From positions 62,001 through 126,000 of the forward strand of contig QPGO01000132.1 in NCBI GenBank assembly GCA_008632985.1: a DNA stretch of 64,000 nt, read 5' to 3'. The stretch's first letter is position 1; the number at the start of each line of letters is the position of its first letter. The DNA is from Psammoneis japonica (lineage: Eukaryota). The notes beneath the pieces are model-generated. The model was not told the DNA's origin. It did no database searches and worked only from the letters and a program-made list of their open reading frames with translations. Below are positions 50,789 to 62,811 of this stretch, piece after piece. A program made the position numbers and the translations under genes.

Positions 50789-52030
50789 ATGACTGATTTC
50801 ATTGAAGCTTCTGTAGTCGTTGGGGCCCAGCTTCCATCCACCAACACTCGATCCATCAAATTTCTTTTTCCAAACTTTGAAAATCTTCAGCAGAAACGCG
50901 GAGAGTTTGTCAGATGCCCATCGCTTCCTTGCCATGGTTACTTGTGGAAACTTGTGCTTTACCCACGTGGATCCGAAGGATCAAACGAAAGTGTGGAACA
51001 CATTTCTGTCTTTTTGAAAATTGAAGACACGCACCACGAAACATTTCGGTTTAATGTGATGTTCCGTGCAGGTGGAACAAGCGTCCTTTCTTCCAGACCA
51101 CAGACAATGGAAGTAATCGGAGGAAATTGTGGTGTACAGAATTTTGTTGCCCGTGAACATATCCTGAATCCAGCCAGTGGATGCCTCGTGAATGGGGCTC
51201 TCACGGTCGTGGTTGATTTGCAGGTTCCTCCGGGATTACGCAACGTTCATTGGCAACCCTCCAGCACGCTTCCGAGGGACATGACAAAGATTTACAAGTC
51301 ACAGGACTATTGCGATGTCACCTTTGCCGTCGGCAACAAAACGTTTCATGCTCATAAAGCCATTCTAGCGAAACGCGCTCCCGGGTTTGCAGAAGTATTC
51401 GAGTGCGAATCCAACAAAGAGAATAAGAAGGATGAGACGATTGTGATCGATGGTATTGAGCCTTCTCTCTTTTCGTACTTTCTCCATTACGTATACGCAG
51501 ATGAACTGTCGGATGAAATTCGCACAGTCAACGATGCCATGGCAATGCTCGACCTTGCGGACAAGTTTGACTGCACTGGTCTCAAACTTCAGGTAGAATC
51601 CAAAATGGCAGAAGCACCCAGCATCACAGAAGGCAACGTGTTGGACTTGCTTTCCTACGCGGACCGTAGGAATTGCGCCCTCCTCAAGGAAGCTGCCATT
51701 GGCTTTTTCGTGGCCCACAGTAATAACGTGATGCAGTCGAACGCATTCAAGGCTCTCGATTCGCCCGACTTGCTCCGCGAGATCATGACGGCCACGGTTC
51801 ACCCCCGAGCTTTGGACCAACAAGACACGGACAAGGATGTGGATAGCATGAGCGTTGCTGCAATGCGTGGCAAGCTCGAGAAAATGGGACTCGATGTGGA
51901 TGGTTCTCGGGAAACTCTAGTGGAGCGTCTCAAAGCGGTTGCGGCTGCTGAGGGCTCGAACGAGGGTTCGCGAGAACAATCCGAGAATCTTGGATCGGAC
52001 GAGCAATCCAACAATGGCGGTGCTGAATAG
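50789..52030 (+). CDS. MATH-BTB (SPOP/BPM-like) protein copy A with a SAP-like C-terminal motif
   Basis: HGYLWKLVLYPRG (MATH), DVTFAVG..FHAHKAILAKR (BTB), LEKMGLDVDGSRETLVERL. Confidence 0.92.
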   Translation: MTDFIEASVVVGAQLPSTNTRSIKFLFPNFENLQQKRGEFVRCPSLPCHGYLWKLVLYPRGSEGSNESVEHISVFLKIEDTHHETFRFNVMFRAGGTSVLSSRPQTMEVIGGNCGVQNFVAREHILNPASGCLVNGALTVVVDLQVPPGLRNVHWQPSSTLPRDMTKIYKSQDYCDVTFAVGNKTFHAHKAILAKRAPGFAEVFECESNKENKKDETIVIDGIEPSLFSYFLHYVYADELSDEIRTVNDAMAMLDLADKFDCTGLKLQVESKMAEAPSITEGNVLDLLSYADRRNCALLKEAAIGFFVAHSNNVMQSNAFKALDSPDLLREIMTATVHPRALDQQDTDKDVDSMSVAAMRGKLEKMGLDVDGSRETLVERLKAVAAAEGSNEGSREQSENLGSDEQSNNGGAE

Positions 52031-52509
52031 CAACATGTTCCAACAGGGGAGATTTGATACGTATGAAAACAATGGAGTTTGTTTGTTCTTTCATCTGCAC
52101 CGAGTTGGACTCGGGAGCATCTTGATGTTTGTTGTACACCGCAGCTTCTTTTGGACGCCGCTGGTTTGTACAATATCAATTTGTTGTACACCGTAGCTTC
52201 TTTTGGACGCGGCTGGACTATTGTAGGGTACTAGAGTACTGCATAGAAGTAAAATATTCATAGACAATCATCCTATTGTAACTTGAGCACAAAGAAAGAC
52301 TTCCTGATTTTGCGAATCTCAACCTGAAGCAACCCACGGAATACCCTGCTGCTCTAACGAGAGACGAGTACACAACCTTATAGGCAGATAATAAGAAGAT
52401 TATGTCTAATCGACATGCGATAAACGGTGTCCCTGAAGAGTGAGATAGATTGCTCAACTGCCACAACCGTCTATGTTCGACAAACCCAAAGTGATCCCCA
52501 GAACCCCGC

Positions 52510-52793
52510 TCCTTCGCATTCCACCTTTCTTAGGTCGCCTTGACGATGTGTGTGAGATATTTGGTTTTCGAAATGCTGATTGCACTGGTTGTGGATTTTT
52601 CCTTGATTTGGTTTCTCAACATACGGTAGCAGTTAAAAATTTTATCGACCACGTCCATGCCACTGCAGGAAACGAAGCAGGAAGCATCTGTAAGATCAAC
52701 TCACAAATAACACTTGAAATCCTATCCCCAACATACGGTATTATGTTACTCACCGAACGACTTCCCTAATCTGACTGAAACCTTGTTCATCTA
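52510..52793 (-). pseudogene. Duplicated 3' fragment of the cyclophilin gene (end of exon 1, intron, exon 2)
   Basis: Aligns with 62812-63072 (tggacgtggtcgataaaa…gagaaaccaaatcaagg) and carries indels. Confidence 0.8.
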
Positions 52794-52889
52794 CGAGCTC
52801 CGTTTCAGCTCAAGTCCCGAACATGGTTTAAGACCGTGATTTCCAACACGAGGTATGAGGAGTCGAGCAACTCTAGATGCTAATTTTAC

Positions 52890-55800
52890 ATCTCAGCTCT
52901 TATTTTCACAGCCTTTTGTGAATCTCTCTGCATCACCAGACCCCAGAACCACTTCTCATCACCCATCACAAGAAGGCAATTCCCTCTGCCAAGCCCCCGG
53001 TTGTTTTGGCAATGAACTGAGAAAATCACAACACTTCTTCTTCTGTTCAGTTCTCAGCAGTGGGATTGCGCTCAGCATGCAACTTGTGTCCCTTGCGAGA
53101 CGCAACCCACCTCCAAATGGCAGCAGAGCACCAGCCGTTTACACTTGCCTCCAAGCCCAGTCACAAATGCTTTTGATTTTTCCGCAATGCATCCACTGTT
53201 TGATGAAAGGTTGCTGCAAGAGAATGTTGCACCACTTTGCCTCCCAAAATGATGTCGAATCTGTCCATGCATCCAATGCCCGACACCTCTTCTTCACCAC
53301 TTCAAAGAATGTGTTGCACTCTGCTCTTGTCACATTCTCCAAGTTCTCAGCCACTTGCTGCTTGCAGTCTTTCAGTGCATGGATGCACCCATTTGTGAGA
53401 ACTCTCACTTGGCAAGTTCAGGGCTGTCAATGACAGTTGTCACAACCTCATCATGGAGACAATCATCACACTCATTGTTGACCCCCTTCTGCTTCATTGT
53501 CTCTGCCTTCAATTGGTCAAGACACTTGCATGGTGCAGGATCATGCTTTGTCACAAAATTGTGAAGCTCCTGCACATGCTGCTCTGAAAAAACCAACCCA
53601 TGTGAGCAATTGTTTTTTTTGTCATTGAGCTTCTTTCTGTCACCATCCACATGGCTTGCTTCATCCTGCTCTAACTGACTGCCAGTGCATTAACCAGAGT
53701 CTCAGCTGGGGCAAAGATGCTCATTTCCAACAGTCTTTTTGGTGGAAATGGGCAGTGCACAGATCTCTGCAGCCCACTTTTGATGCTTGGAAGCACAATG
53801 AAATGAACACTTCTCTGCTTGCATGAGAAAACATGCAAGCTCACCATGCAAGAACACATGTGTGTGGCTGCACTGATCACAGCACTGTGTGACAGCTGCT
53901 GGGGCTTGTGTCCCTTCCCATGCCAGATTGCAGAGACAACAATTTCTCACAGAAGAGTGCTCACACCACCAATGGCCAACTGCACCTGTTGACAGTTGGA
54001 GAGTTCCCAAACCCAAAACAAAGCACAAAATTTACATTTGAAGTGCTGTGCCACACCCTTCTGCCCAGAGACCCACACCCCCAGTGCCCTGATGAAATGG
54101 TTTGAGCACCTCAAGCAGCAAAATACCAAGTTTCTCAAATGCTCAGCTTGAGCACAAGCTCAAACATTGTCAGCAATTTTCTCAACCTCTGTGCACTGCC
54201 TGAGTGAGCAAGGCATTTGTGAGCCAAATGATGTGGGTGCTTTGTTCTTTGCCATGCAGCAACTTCCAATGATGCAACCACACCTTTGCTTCTGCATTTT
54301 GGCACAGTGGCACCTTCCCAGTGGTTTCAAAATCATGGCCATGAATGCCATCATTGTTGTGCAAGTTTCATGACTCCCACCATTGGAGCCAGACAAAGGC
54401 ACCAATTGGAGCCACTGACTGCCCAGCCCAGACACTGATCCTCCAAATCTGCCATCCAAAAGACAAAGCATGTGAGCTTCACTCTGCAAGTGGGGAAATC
54501 ATCCATTGAAAAGGTGAGACAAACTGTTTGGAACCTTTGACAACATTGAAGATGGCAAGTTCATTGGCATCTCTCCTGAAATTTAACTCTGTGCCAGTTG
54601 TTGACACACACAAAACATGCAAAGGTGAGCTTTTTGCAAGAAGTGCCAAGACAATGAGAACAAAAAGGACCTGTGCTGCCAGGCACCAAAAGCTCCAGGA
54701 CCAGAATGATTCAAACCAGAGGGTGCCTCTTGGCCCTCAGCAGAGATCAGCTGCAGAGCAGCCAATTGGGGGGTGCCTGAAGTTTGACAGAGATGATTCA
54801 CAAAACAATCCTGAAGCTTTGTGCATCATTGTTGAACAAGCACACATTTGGCACATTCAGCCAAGGTGACAGCAGAAAAACTGTGGCCAGTCAGAGCAAG
54901 GGGCAAGACAATCCTGGAACTTCAGATGCAAATGTCCCACATGCCAAAGCCTCATGGGAAAGAAAATCCCTTGAGGAACACCCCAAACCTGCCGACAAAT
55001 CTGAGAGTGCACTGTCTAAAAATGGTGCCAACAACACACCAAGAGGAAGTGGCAATTTTTTCTCAAGCATGTGACATTGGGTCAGCAAGCATCTGCAGAA
55101 AGAACAGTGACAGAGCATGATTTGCCAAAGCCATGAGAATGACATTCTTTTGCTTTTGCAATGACAACCTTGAACAATGTTTTAAGTGCTGACATCAAAG
55201 CAATGGCAACTCTGCCCAATCAATGTGCAAGAAGAAACTGCAAGAATCTGAAGAACAGAGTGTGAGAGGCATCATCAGAGGATGGAGGATCTGCAAGCCC
55301 ACATTGACTTGTGGCCAACTGAGTGTCTGGCCAAATGTTTTGACAACACATGGAAGACCTTGCTGTTCTCAGTGGAAAAGTTGGTGGCCAGCAAAGGATG
55401 GTGCAAATCAGAAAATGCCAGTCAACAAGGCAATGAGAGGCATGAGGTGGCTGAGCAACTCTAAAACAAAAACTCTGCAAAAGCTGCTTTCATGATTGTG
55501 AGTGGATGTCATCTGCAACTGTGACAAGCAACAACAAATGCAAAGGACAAATGACAGATTGGGTCTCACAATGCATGATGACCCAGTTGATGCAGGGTGG
55601 GAATCACAGAGAGATGTGATCCTCAACTTTGTCAGGAAGTCCAAAGCATCAGCAGAGGCCACTGGAGAAACCTTGGAGGAGGCAGCCCCCCTGCTGGCTG
55701 CAAACAGCCATGCCACTCAATGAAGAAGAAGCATCAATGTGGGACAGTCTGCCATCTTTTAAGTTGCACTGCAAGCCATCATTTGTGGAAAAAGGAAAAG

Positions 55801-58800
55801 ATCCAGCCAGGCCAAGCAGACAGACAATGTGGGCTCAGCTGAGTGGCAAGGCAGGAATGCGTGCAAGAGCCACAACTGCCTGCAGGTTGGTTGTGAACAA
55901 CAGCGCAAATCCAGGAAGAGTTTGCTCTCAACATGAGACTCATGTGTTGTCTCAAACAAACATCAGACATCAGAGACAATTTTTGCTGGACAAGCAGCTC
56001 TCAAGTGCAGAAATTGAACAAAATGGCAGGACCAAGGAGACCTTGCTCTTGTTCTTGGAGGAGACTCAAATGATGGTGTGGGAGCCACTCCCTTCTAAAC
56101 ATGGGCAAATGTGCTTTGCACAAAGGTGCAATGACCCAGAGGCACCTGTCTCTCCCATCACCAGTGCACAGCATTTTGTGGCAAGAACTGCTGGCTGGGT
56201 GTGCAAATTGATGCTGTGCTGGCTTCATCAGCTGTGGAAGTTGGCAAAGAAATTGCAGCTGGCTTTGGAGACTTTGACTGCACCTCAGATCATCAACTGC
56301 TTTGGACAGATCATGAAAAGGTGAGTTTGTCTGGATGACCTCTGCTTTCAGCATTGTCCGGGTTGACAACAGACCAGCTGGCAGGCAAGTTGCACAAACT
56401 GAAGATCTCAACAAAGCACCACAAATGGCATCAGAGCGTGCAACATGGTGATCAGACAGACTTTCTTGTGGTGAATTTTTTTAATCTGTCACAGTTAAAA
56501 ATTTTTTGTGGTTTCAAACCTCATTGGTTGTGTGCGTGGTGACAATTTGTCAACTGTGAAAGATGAGCTTCATTGCTGTGGAGCCCGCAACTGTCCTGTG
56601 AGGCAACACCATTCACTGTGAAACAGCCCACCATTTTCCCTGTGAGAGTGATTCCTGCAAAACCTGCAATTTAAAATCATTTGCATTGCAAACATTCCAT
56701 TTTGTTGTTTGCGCTTAATTCAAATGATGCAGACAGAGACAAAGGCTTGTCAATGAATTCAAAGAGGCGATGGCTGAATTCCAAGAGAAAGGCACAAAGC
56801 TGATGCACAAAATGGTGGAGAGCCGGAGCTCACTGCAGCAAAAGTGGAGTGCACCACCACCTTCGTAAGTGCAAGCTTGGACCTCTTTGAACTCTGCTTG
56901 CACTGCCACGCAGTTGAGAGCACAATCTCAATGCCAAGACACAGCAAGCAATCCAAACACAACGCCTTCAAATGAGTGACACTCTGTTCACAACGGCAAA
57001 TCATTGCAAAGAAGTGCAAAATTTTTTGTGAGAGTGCACGGGACAACAACAGCAACCAATTGAAACTGCAACACAGACTTGCTGGTGCATCTGCGGTGGC
57101 AGATTCGGTCACTTCTGCCGCCAGTTCCCGATCCCGCAAAGCTGATTCTGGACCAGTCAGGTGAAGCAACATTGCTCTGATCCACCTTGTTCATTGCAAA
57201 CAAATGAAAAATGCTTTGTGAGAGTGTGCAGGACAACAACAGCAACCAATTGAACAAAGCCGCAATGCAGACTTGCAGGTGCATCTGCCGCCGCCGATTT
57301 TGGAGCTTCTGCTGCCGGCTCCCAACCCATCGACATGGAATTGGCAGCTGCTGCGGTTGTTGCAGTTGACCCCCCCTGCTCTTGACCACAAACAGCAGAG
57401 AAACTTGGGAAGCCTTTTAAAATGAGCCCAACAACTCAGGCAACCTCCAATGGGTTGCCTCCCCACTCTCTGCCTCTGCAGTCTTTCTGGATCTGGATGC
57501 AGAAATTGGAGAAGACGGATGCAACGTAAGTGAACACATCAAAAACAAATGAGGCTCTTTTCGTGCATGCCTTTTTTGAAGAGTTTCACATGTGGCAAAG
57601 AACTTTTCATGCGGTGATTCTGAGAGCTGCAGGAACAAGCACCGCCTGCAGTCTTTCTGGATCTGGACACAGAAATTGGAGAAGACAGATGTGTTGTTGG
57701 CAAATGTGTCAAAAACCAATGAACCTCTTTTTGCACACACCTTGTTTGAACAGTGTAATTTGTGGCAACTTGTGACAATTCTGGACGCAAAACTCTGACA
57801 TGCGCGATTGTGCCAACACTGCAGAAAAGCAAGTTTGTGATGTGCGTGCACACAACACACAACAACACGCCAGAGCTCAGCATTCTGGACATGGCAGATT
57901 CGTGACACCACACTCGCGATCCCAAAATTCAAGCTGCACCCAAATAAAACCCCATCTTGACCAACCAGAAGCATGTGTTGAGCCACTGTCATTGGCCAAT
58001 GGGGCAAAGTCTTTCACCGCCATGGCCGGTTGTCGATTTGCAGATTTGCAACCACACACAGGATCCACGTGAATCACAACAGCGCATGCTCTTGTTTTTC
58101 AAACTTTGGGGAGAGGGTGTGCTGTTGTGAAGTGTGTAGAAAATTGCGCATGTAAAACATGCACTGAAAATGCCACAGAGCAACGGGCTGCGCAAATCTG
58201 GGAAACATGAAGAAAAATGAAGGTGGGTCACGTGCATGCGCGAAGTGCTGCAGACTGCACACGTGCAAAGACACACACACGTGAGTGAGGAGGACAAAGT
58301 TAAAACCAAGTTCAAATTGATTGTGATCAAAAGGAAACCAAACCATGCATCACAAAAAACAGATTTTGATCCCAATTAAATTGAACATTGCACGCATTTG
58401 ATTGAAGCTTGTAAAAGAAAAGTCAATGAGACATCAGATGAAATTCAAGAAACAGCTTCATTTTGTGGAGCACTTTTGCTGGCAATTTTTCAATTCTGCT
58501 TGTCAACAATTTGGACAATGCACATTAAAAAAATTTACAAAGGAAAGTGGATGCCACTGTGTTGCCACCTCTGATGGGGTCAAAAGAAGCTTGAGCATGA
58601 CAGCCTTCTACCAGAAAGAACAATGACTCTCATGAGCAGCACAGATCATTTCAGAGGATGCGAGGAACAACTTGAACACAAGACACTCTTCTTCTTCAGA
58701 AGCAATGATCTGTGACAAGAGGCAAAGTGCAAGTGTGGTGTTGCAAGCTCCACATGAATAAAGTTGAGTCAAGCAATGCAGCAAACAAGGCAAGAAAGGA

Positions 58801-60900
58801 AATCCAACCACACGGCCACTTGCAAAAAAACTTTGGCACAATCAGAGAGCATGTCTTGATGCCACTCATTGATGAGTGCACTGCACACAAAATGATGTGG
58901 GTGCCATGGCATGTCACTCAAACCAGATTGTGGCACAGCACCTGCAAGCAACAACAAGAGAGTGCTGCAAGCCAAAAAAGGAAGCCAAAGATCTGCAGCA
59001 AGTGGAGAGTTCAAAACACAATGTCCACAAAGGGTGAATGCCAAAGGAGCTGCACCCAAACACAAAGAAAAAATGATTGACCACAACTGCACAATCAGAA
59101 AAGAGCCCACCACAGAGTCAAGCAAGCTGCTGGGAAAATCACACTGGCTCTGCAATGGTCACAGGGGGGCAGGAGAATCAAGCACAGACAAGGTCTTGTG
59201 GGCCAAGAGTGGCATGGAGAATGAAGAATGCAAACATTTGCAAAATGGTTGAAAGCTCTCCTTTCATTTGGGCTCCACTCTTCCAAATGACTTTGGATGC
59301 TCCACAGGCACAGAAGCAGCAACTTTGGTGCAGCTTGCATCAAATCCTGCAGGGAGTTGAAGAGCATGCAGTGAAATTTGTCAAACAGCTCAAATGACGC
59401 TTGTGACAGACCACACAACACCTTTGGCAAGAACAATGTCATGGATCAAGTTGTTGCAAAAATTCTACTTCAATTGCAACATTGATTTTCTTGCTCCCAT
59501 GCCAACTCTTTGTCCTTCTTGTTGAGTCAACAACAACTTTCTCATTGCAGTGTTTGCCAATTTGGGGTGCAAGAGGGAGCAGCTTCTCACAAGACAAACA
59601 TCTGCCAATTTTGTGGCAAAAAGCAGCATGCTTCTGACATTGCAAGAGTGGTGGTGACAGGGCTGGAATCTTGCCATGCCACTGGAACAGAGAAAAATGG
59701 TGTGACATGCACTGTGGCTGGCCAAAAGCAGGACACCCATCAAGATCTTGTTGGAGAGACTTTGGCAAGAAGAAGCATTCACAGCATGATGTGCTCTCTG
59801 TCAATGGGCCAGAACCCACACCTCTCCCACCTGCGCAAACACAAACTGGACAAGCAGATTTTCAAACCAATTTCACCCTGGTCACATTCCTTGGCAGATG
59901 ATGGAGATCACAAAATGCTTGATTCTGGAGCAGAACTCTGCTGCACAAGACTGCTGCTGCAAAGATGTGGCCAGCACAAGCAGGTGTGTTGCCTTGCTGG
60001 GAGGACAGAGGTGCCACCAGATGACACACTTCCTGCAAAAGTTTTGACAGAGTGGAGTTGAGATTGCACCCACAGGCACCAGTTCATCTCAGCTGACCAA
60101 GAGGGCTTGGACAAGTGGTTGTTTGTGCAGCACAAAGCACAACCAATGGTGGAGACCGCACCTGCTCAAAGAGTTTGAGCAGGTGCCACGCTGTGACACA
60201 AGCATTGCTGATGGCTCCTTCAAAGATGCCATGGCAGCAGCAGCAATGATTTTGCCCCCCCCCCCCCTTCCAAAGGACACTCTTGCAGATGCCACGGAGT
60301 TGACAAAATGCCAGTCCAGAACTCAGATTTTGCTGCTTGCACTTTAGAGGTGAGCTTGTGCAGCACTTGCTTTGCAATGAATGCAATGGTCAAAATCTCT
60401 TTGACACAGTTCACTGGATTCAGAAAGTGATGCAAGCAGCTGTGCCTGCATGTGCCAACAAGGTCCAAGGTGTGTGTGTTGAGATCGAGAAGTCGCCAGC
60501 TCAGCGACCTCACACTTGTTGGTCCGCAGTCTCCTGGAGATGCTGAGCGTGGAGGAGATGGATTGAATGACCAAACAATGTAAAAGAAAAATCTGGACAA
60601 GTCCTCAGAGAGGTCGTCCTTGCCATTTTCTGTTTCACACCTGTGCTTGTGCTGCAAGCAAGTCGCTCTTTTGCAGAGAAAAGAAAGTGCACTTCATCTG
60701 TCCAACACCAGCAGCTGACACAGCTTGCAAGACTTTGCACCAATGTTTTGTGTCTTTTTTCGTCGAGCAGGAGCAGATGATGCAGTGATGTGTTCAACAA
60801 CGTCTTGAAGCACGAAACACTCGCCGCGGTGTTTTGTTTCATGTGGACGTGTCCCACATTGTGGAGGACGCAAGCAGCGTGCAAGCAGAGCACATTTTTC
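52890..60900. mobile_element. Hypermutated transposon block between the duplicated segments; includes an Ambal-like non-LTR relic at ~58600-60500 (+)
   Basis: TA/CG depletion. Relic motifs VTGG..KVLW, WPKAGHPS, IADGSFKDAMAAAA, FRGEL. Short internal duplications at ~57000/57190 and ~57475/57645. Confidence 0.75.
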
Positions 60901-60917
60901 ATTTTGGGATCCTGATC

Positions 60918-60929
60918 TTTCGCGCCAAA
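60918..60929 (+). promoter_or_regulatory. Candidate E2F site, copy B
   Basis: TTTCGCGCCAAA is retained upstream of MATH-BTB copy B. Confidence 0.5.
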
Positions 60930-61109
60930 ATCCCACGCGCGCGAATCGGTGCGCGCTTGTTTCAAACGAAACTCGAGGCAACGACCAACGACGATCATGA
61001 CGACAACGGCAACAACGAACGACCACAAAGAACGACATCAAACAACAAACAAACGACGTTCGGCATACTGTGCCACTCATTCTTGCACATCAATCGATAA
61101 AAAGGCGGC

Positions 61110-62339
61110 ATGACTGATTTCATTGAAGCTTCTTTAGTCGTTGGGGCCCAGCTTCCATCCACCAACACGCGATCCATCAGTTTTGTTTTTCCAAACTTTG
61201 AAATTCTTCAGCAGAAACGCGGAGAGTTTGTCAGCTGCCCATCGCTTCCTTGCCATGGTTACTTGTGGAAACTTATGCTTTACCCACGTGGATCCAAAAG
61301 ATCGAACGAAAGTGTGGAACACATTTCTGTCTTTTTGAACCGTGAAGACACGCAGCCGGAATCAATTCAGGCTCAGCTGACGTTAACCATAGGAGGAAAA
61401 AGCGCTCCTTCTCCCAGACCATATACATGGGTGGTAAATGGAGATGAGTTGGGTGTACATGATTTTATTGCCCGTGAATATGTCCTGAATCCAGCCAGTG
61501 GATACCTCGTGAATGGGACTCTCACGGTCGTGGTTGATTTGAAGGTCACTCCGGGATCACGCAAAGTTCATTGGCATCCCTCAAGCACGCTTCCGAGGGA
61601 AATGACAAAGATTTACGAGTCACAGGACTATTGCGATGTCACCTTTGCCGTCGGTGACAAAACGTTTCGTGCTCATAAAGCCATTCTAGCGAAACGCGCT
61701 CCCGGGTTTGCAGAAGCATTCGAGTGCGAATCCAACAAAGAGAACAAGAAGGATTGGGATGAGACGATTGTGATCGATGGTGTCGAGCCTTCTCTCTTTT
61801 CACACGTTCTCCATTACGTATACGCAGATGAACTGTCGGATGAAATTCGCACAGTCAACGATGCCATGGCACTGCTCGACCTTGCGGACAAGTTTGACTG
61901 CACTGCTCTCAAACTTCAGGTAGAATCCAAAATGGCAGAAGCACCCAGCATCACAAAACGCAACGTGTTGAATTTGCTTCTCTACGCGGACCGTAAGAAT
62001 TGCGCCCTCCTCAAGGAAGCTGCCATTCGCTTTTTCGTGGCCCACAGTGAAAATTTGATGCAGTCGAACGCATTCAAGTCTCTCGATTCTCCCGACTTGC
62101 TCCGCGAGATCATGACGGCCATGGTTCACCCCCGGGCTTTGGACCAACAAGAAACGGCCAATGATGTGGATAGCATGAGCGTTGCTACCATGCGTGGCAA
62201 GCTCGAGAAAATGGGACTCGACGTGGAAGGTTCTCGGGAAACTCTGGTGAAGAGTCTCAAAGCGGTTGCTGCTGTTGAGGGCTCCAACGAGGGTTCGCAA
62301 GGATCGGAGGAGCTATCCAACAATGGTGGAGCTGAGTAG
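61110..62339 (+). CDS. MATH-BTB protein copy B
   Basis: Intact 409-aa ORF, highly similar to 50789-52030. Confidence 0.92.
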   Translation: MTDFIEASLVVGAQLPSTNTRSISFVFPNFEILQQKRGEFVSCPSLPCHGYLWKLMLYPRGSKRSNESVEHISVFLNREDTQPESIQAQLTLTIGGKSAPSPRPYTWVVNGDELGVHDFIAREYVLNPASGYLVNGTLTVVVDLKVTPGSRKVHWHPSSTLPREMTKIYESQDYCDVTFAVGDKTFRAHKAILAKRAPGFAEAFECESNKENKKDWDETIVIDGVEPSLFSHVLHYVYADELSDEIRTVNDAMALLDLADKFDCTALKLQVESKMAEAPSITKRNVLNLLLYADRKNCALLKEAAIRFFVAHSENLMQSNAFKSLDSPDLLREIMTAMVHPRALDQQETANDVDSMSVATMRGKLEKMGLDVEGSRETLVKSLKAVAAVEGSNEGSQGSEELSNNGGAE

Positions 62340-62811
62340 GAGTATGTTCTAACAGGGGGAGATTTGATACGTATGAAAAGGATGGAGTTCGCTTGCTTCT
62401 TTCATCTGCACCGAGTTGGACACGGGAGCATCTTGATGTTTATTGTACACCGCAGCTTCTTTTGGACGCGGCTGGTTTATACAAAGTAGGGTACTAGAGT
62501 ACCACATAGAAGTAAAATATGAATAGACCATCATCCTATTGTGACTTGTGTGCAAACAAACAGTTGGTGATTTAGCGAATCATCTCAACGTGGAACAGCC
62601 TAAGGGATACATACCCTCCTTCTCTAACGAGAGACTAGATTACAACTTTAGGCAGACGCTAATAAGGAGACTATTTATAACCAATAGGCGATGAATGCTA
62701 TCCCTAAAGAGTGAGAAAGATTGTTCAATAACCGCAACCGTCTACAGTATGTTCAACAGTCCCAAACTGAAGCCCTCATATTTATACCCGCCCTTTCGCA
62801 TCCCACCTTTC

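Noticed and set aside
60254..60268. Long C/G homopolymers (also ~7304 and ~44603) as G-quadruplex or functional tracts
   Set aside because: They are isolated runs inside decayed repeats, and their lengths are unreliable in this assembly.
35520..60900. Hundreds of short Cys/His/Trp-rich ORFs on all frames, as possible novel genes or an alternative genetic code
   Set aside because: They are a by-product of TAA/TAG loss and TG/CA excess in the mutated blocks. Real genes in the window use TAA, TAG and TGA stops normally.
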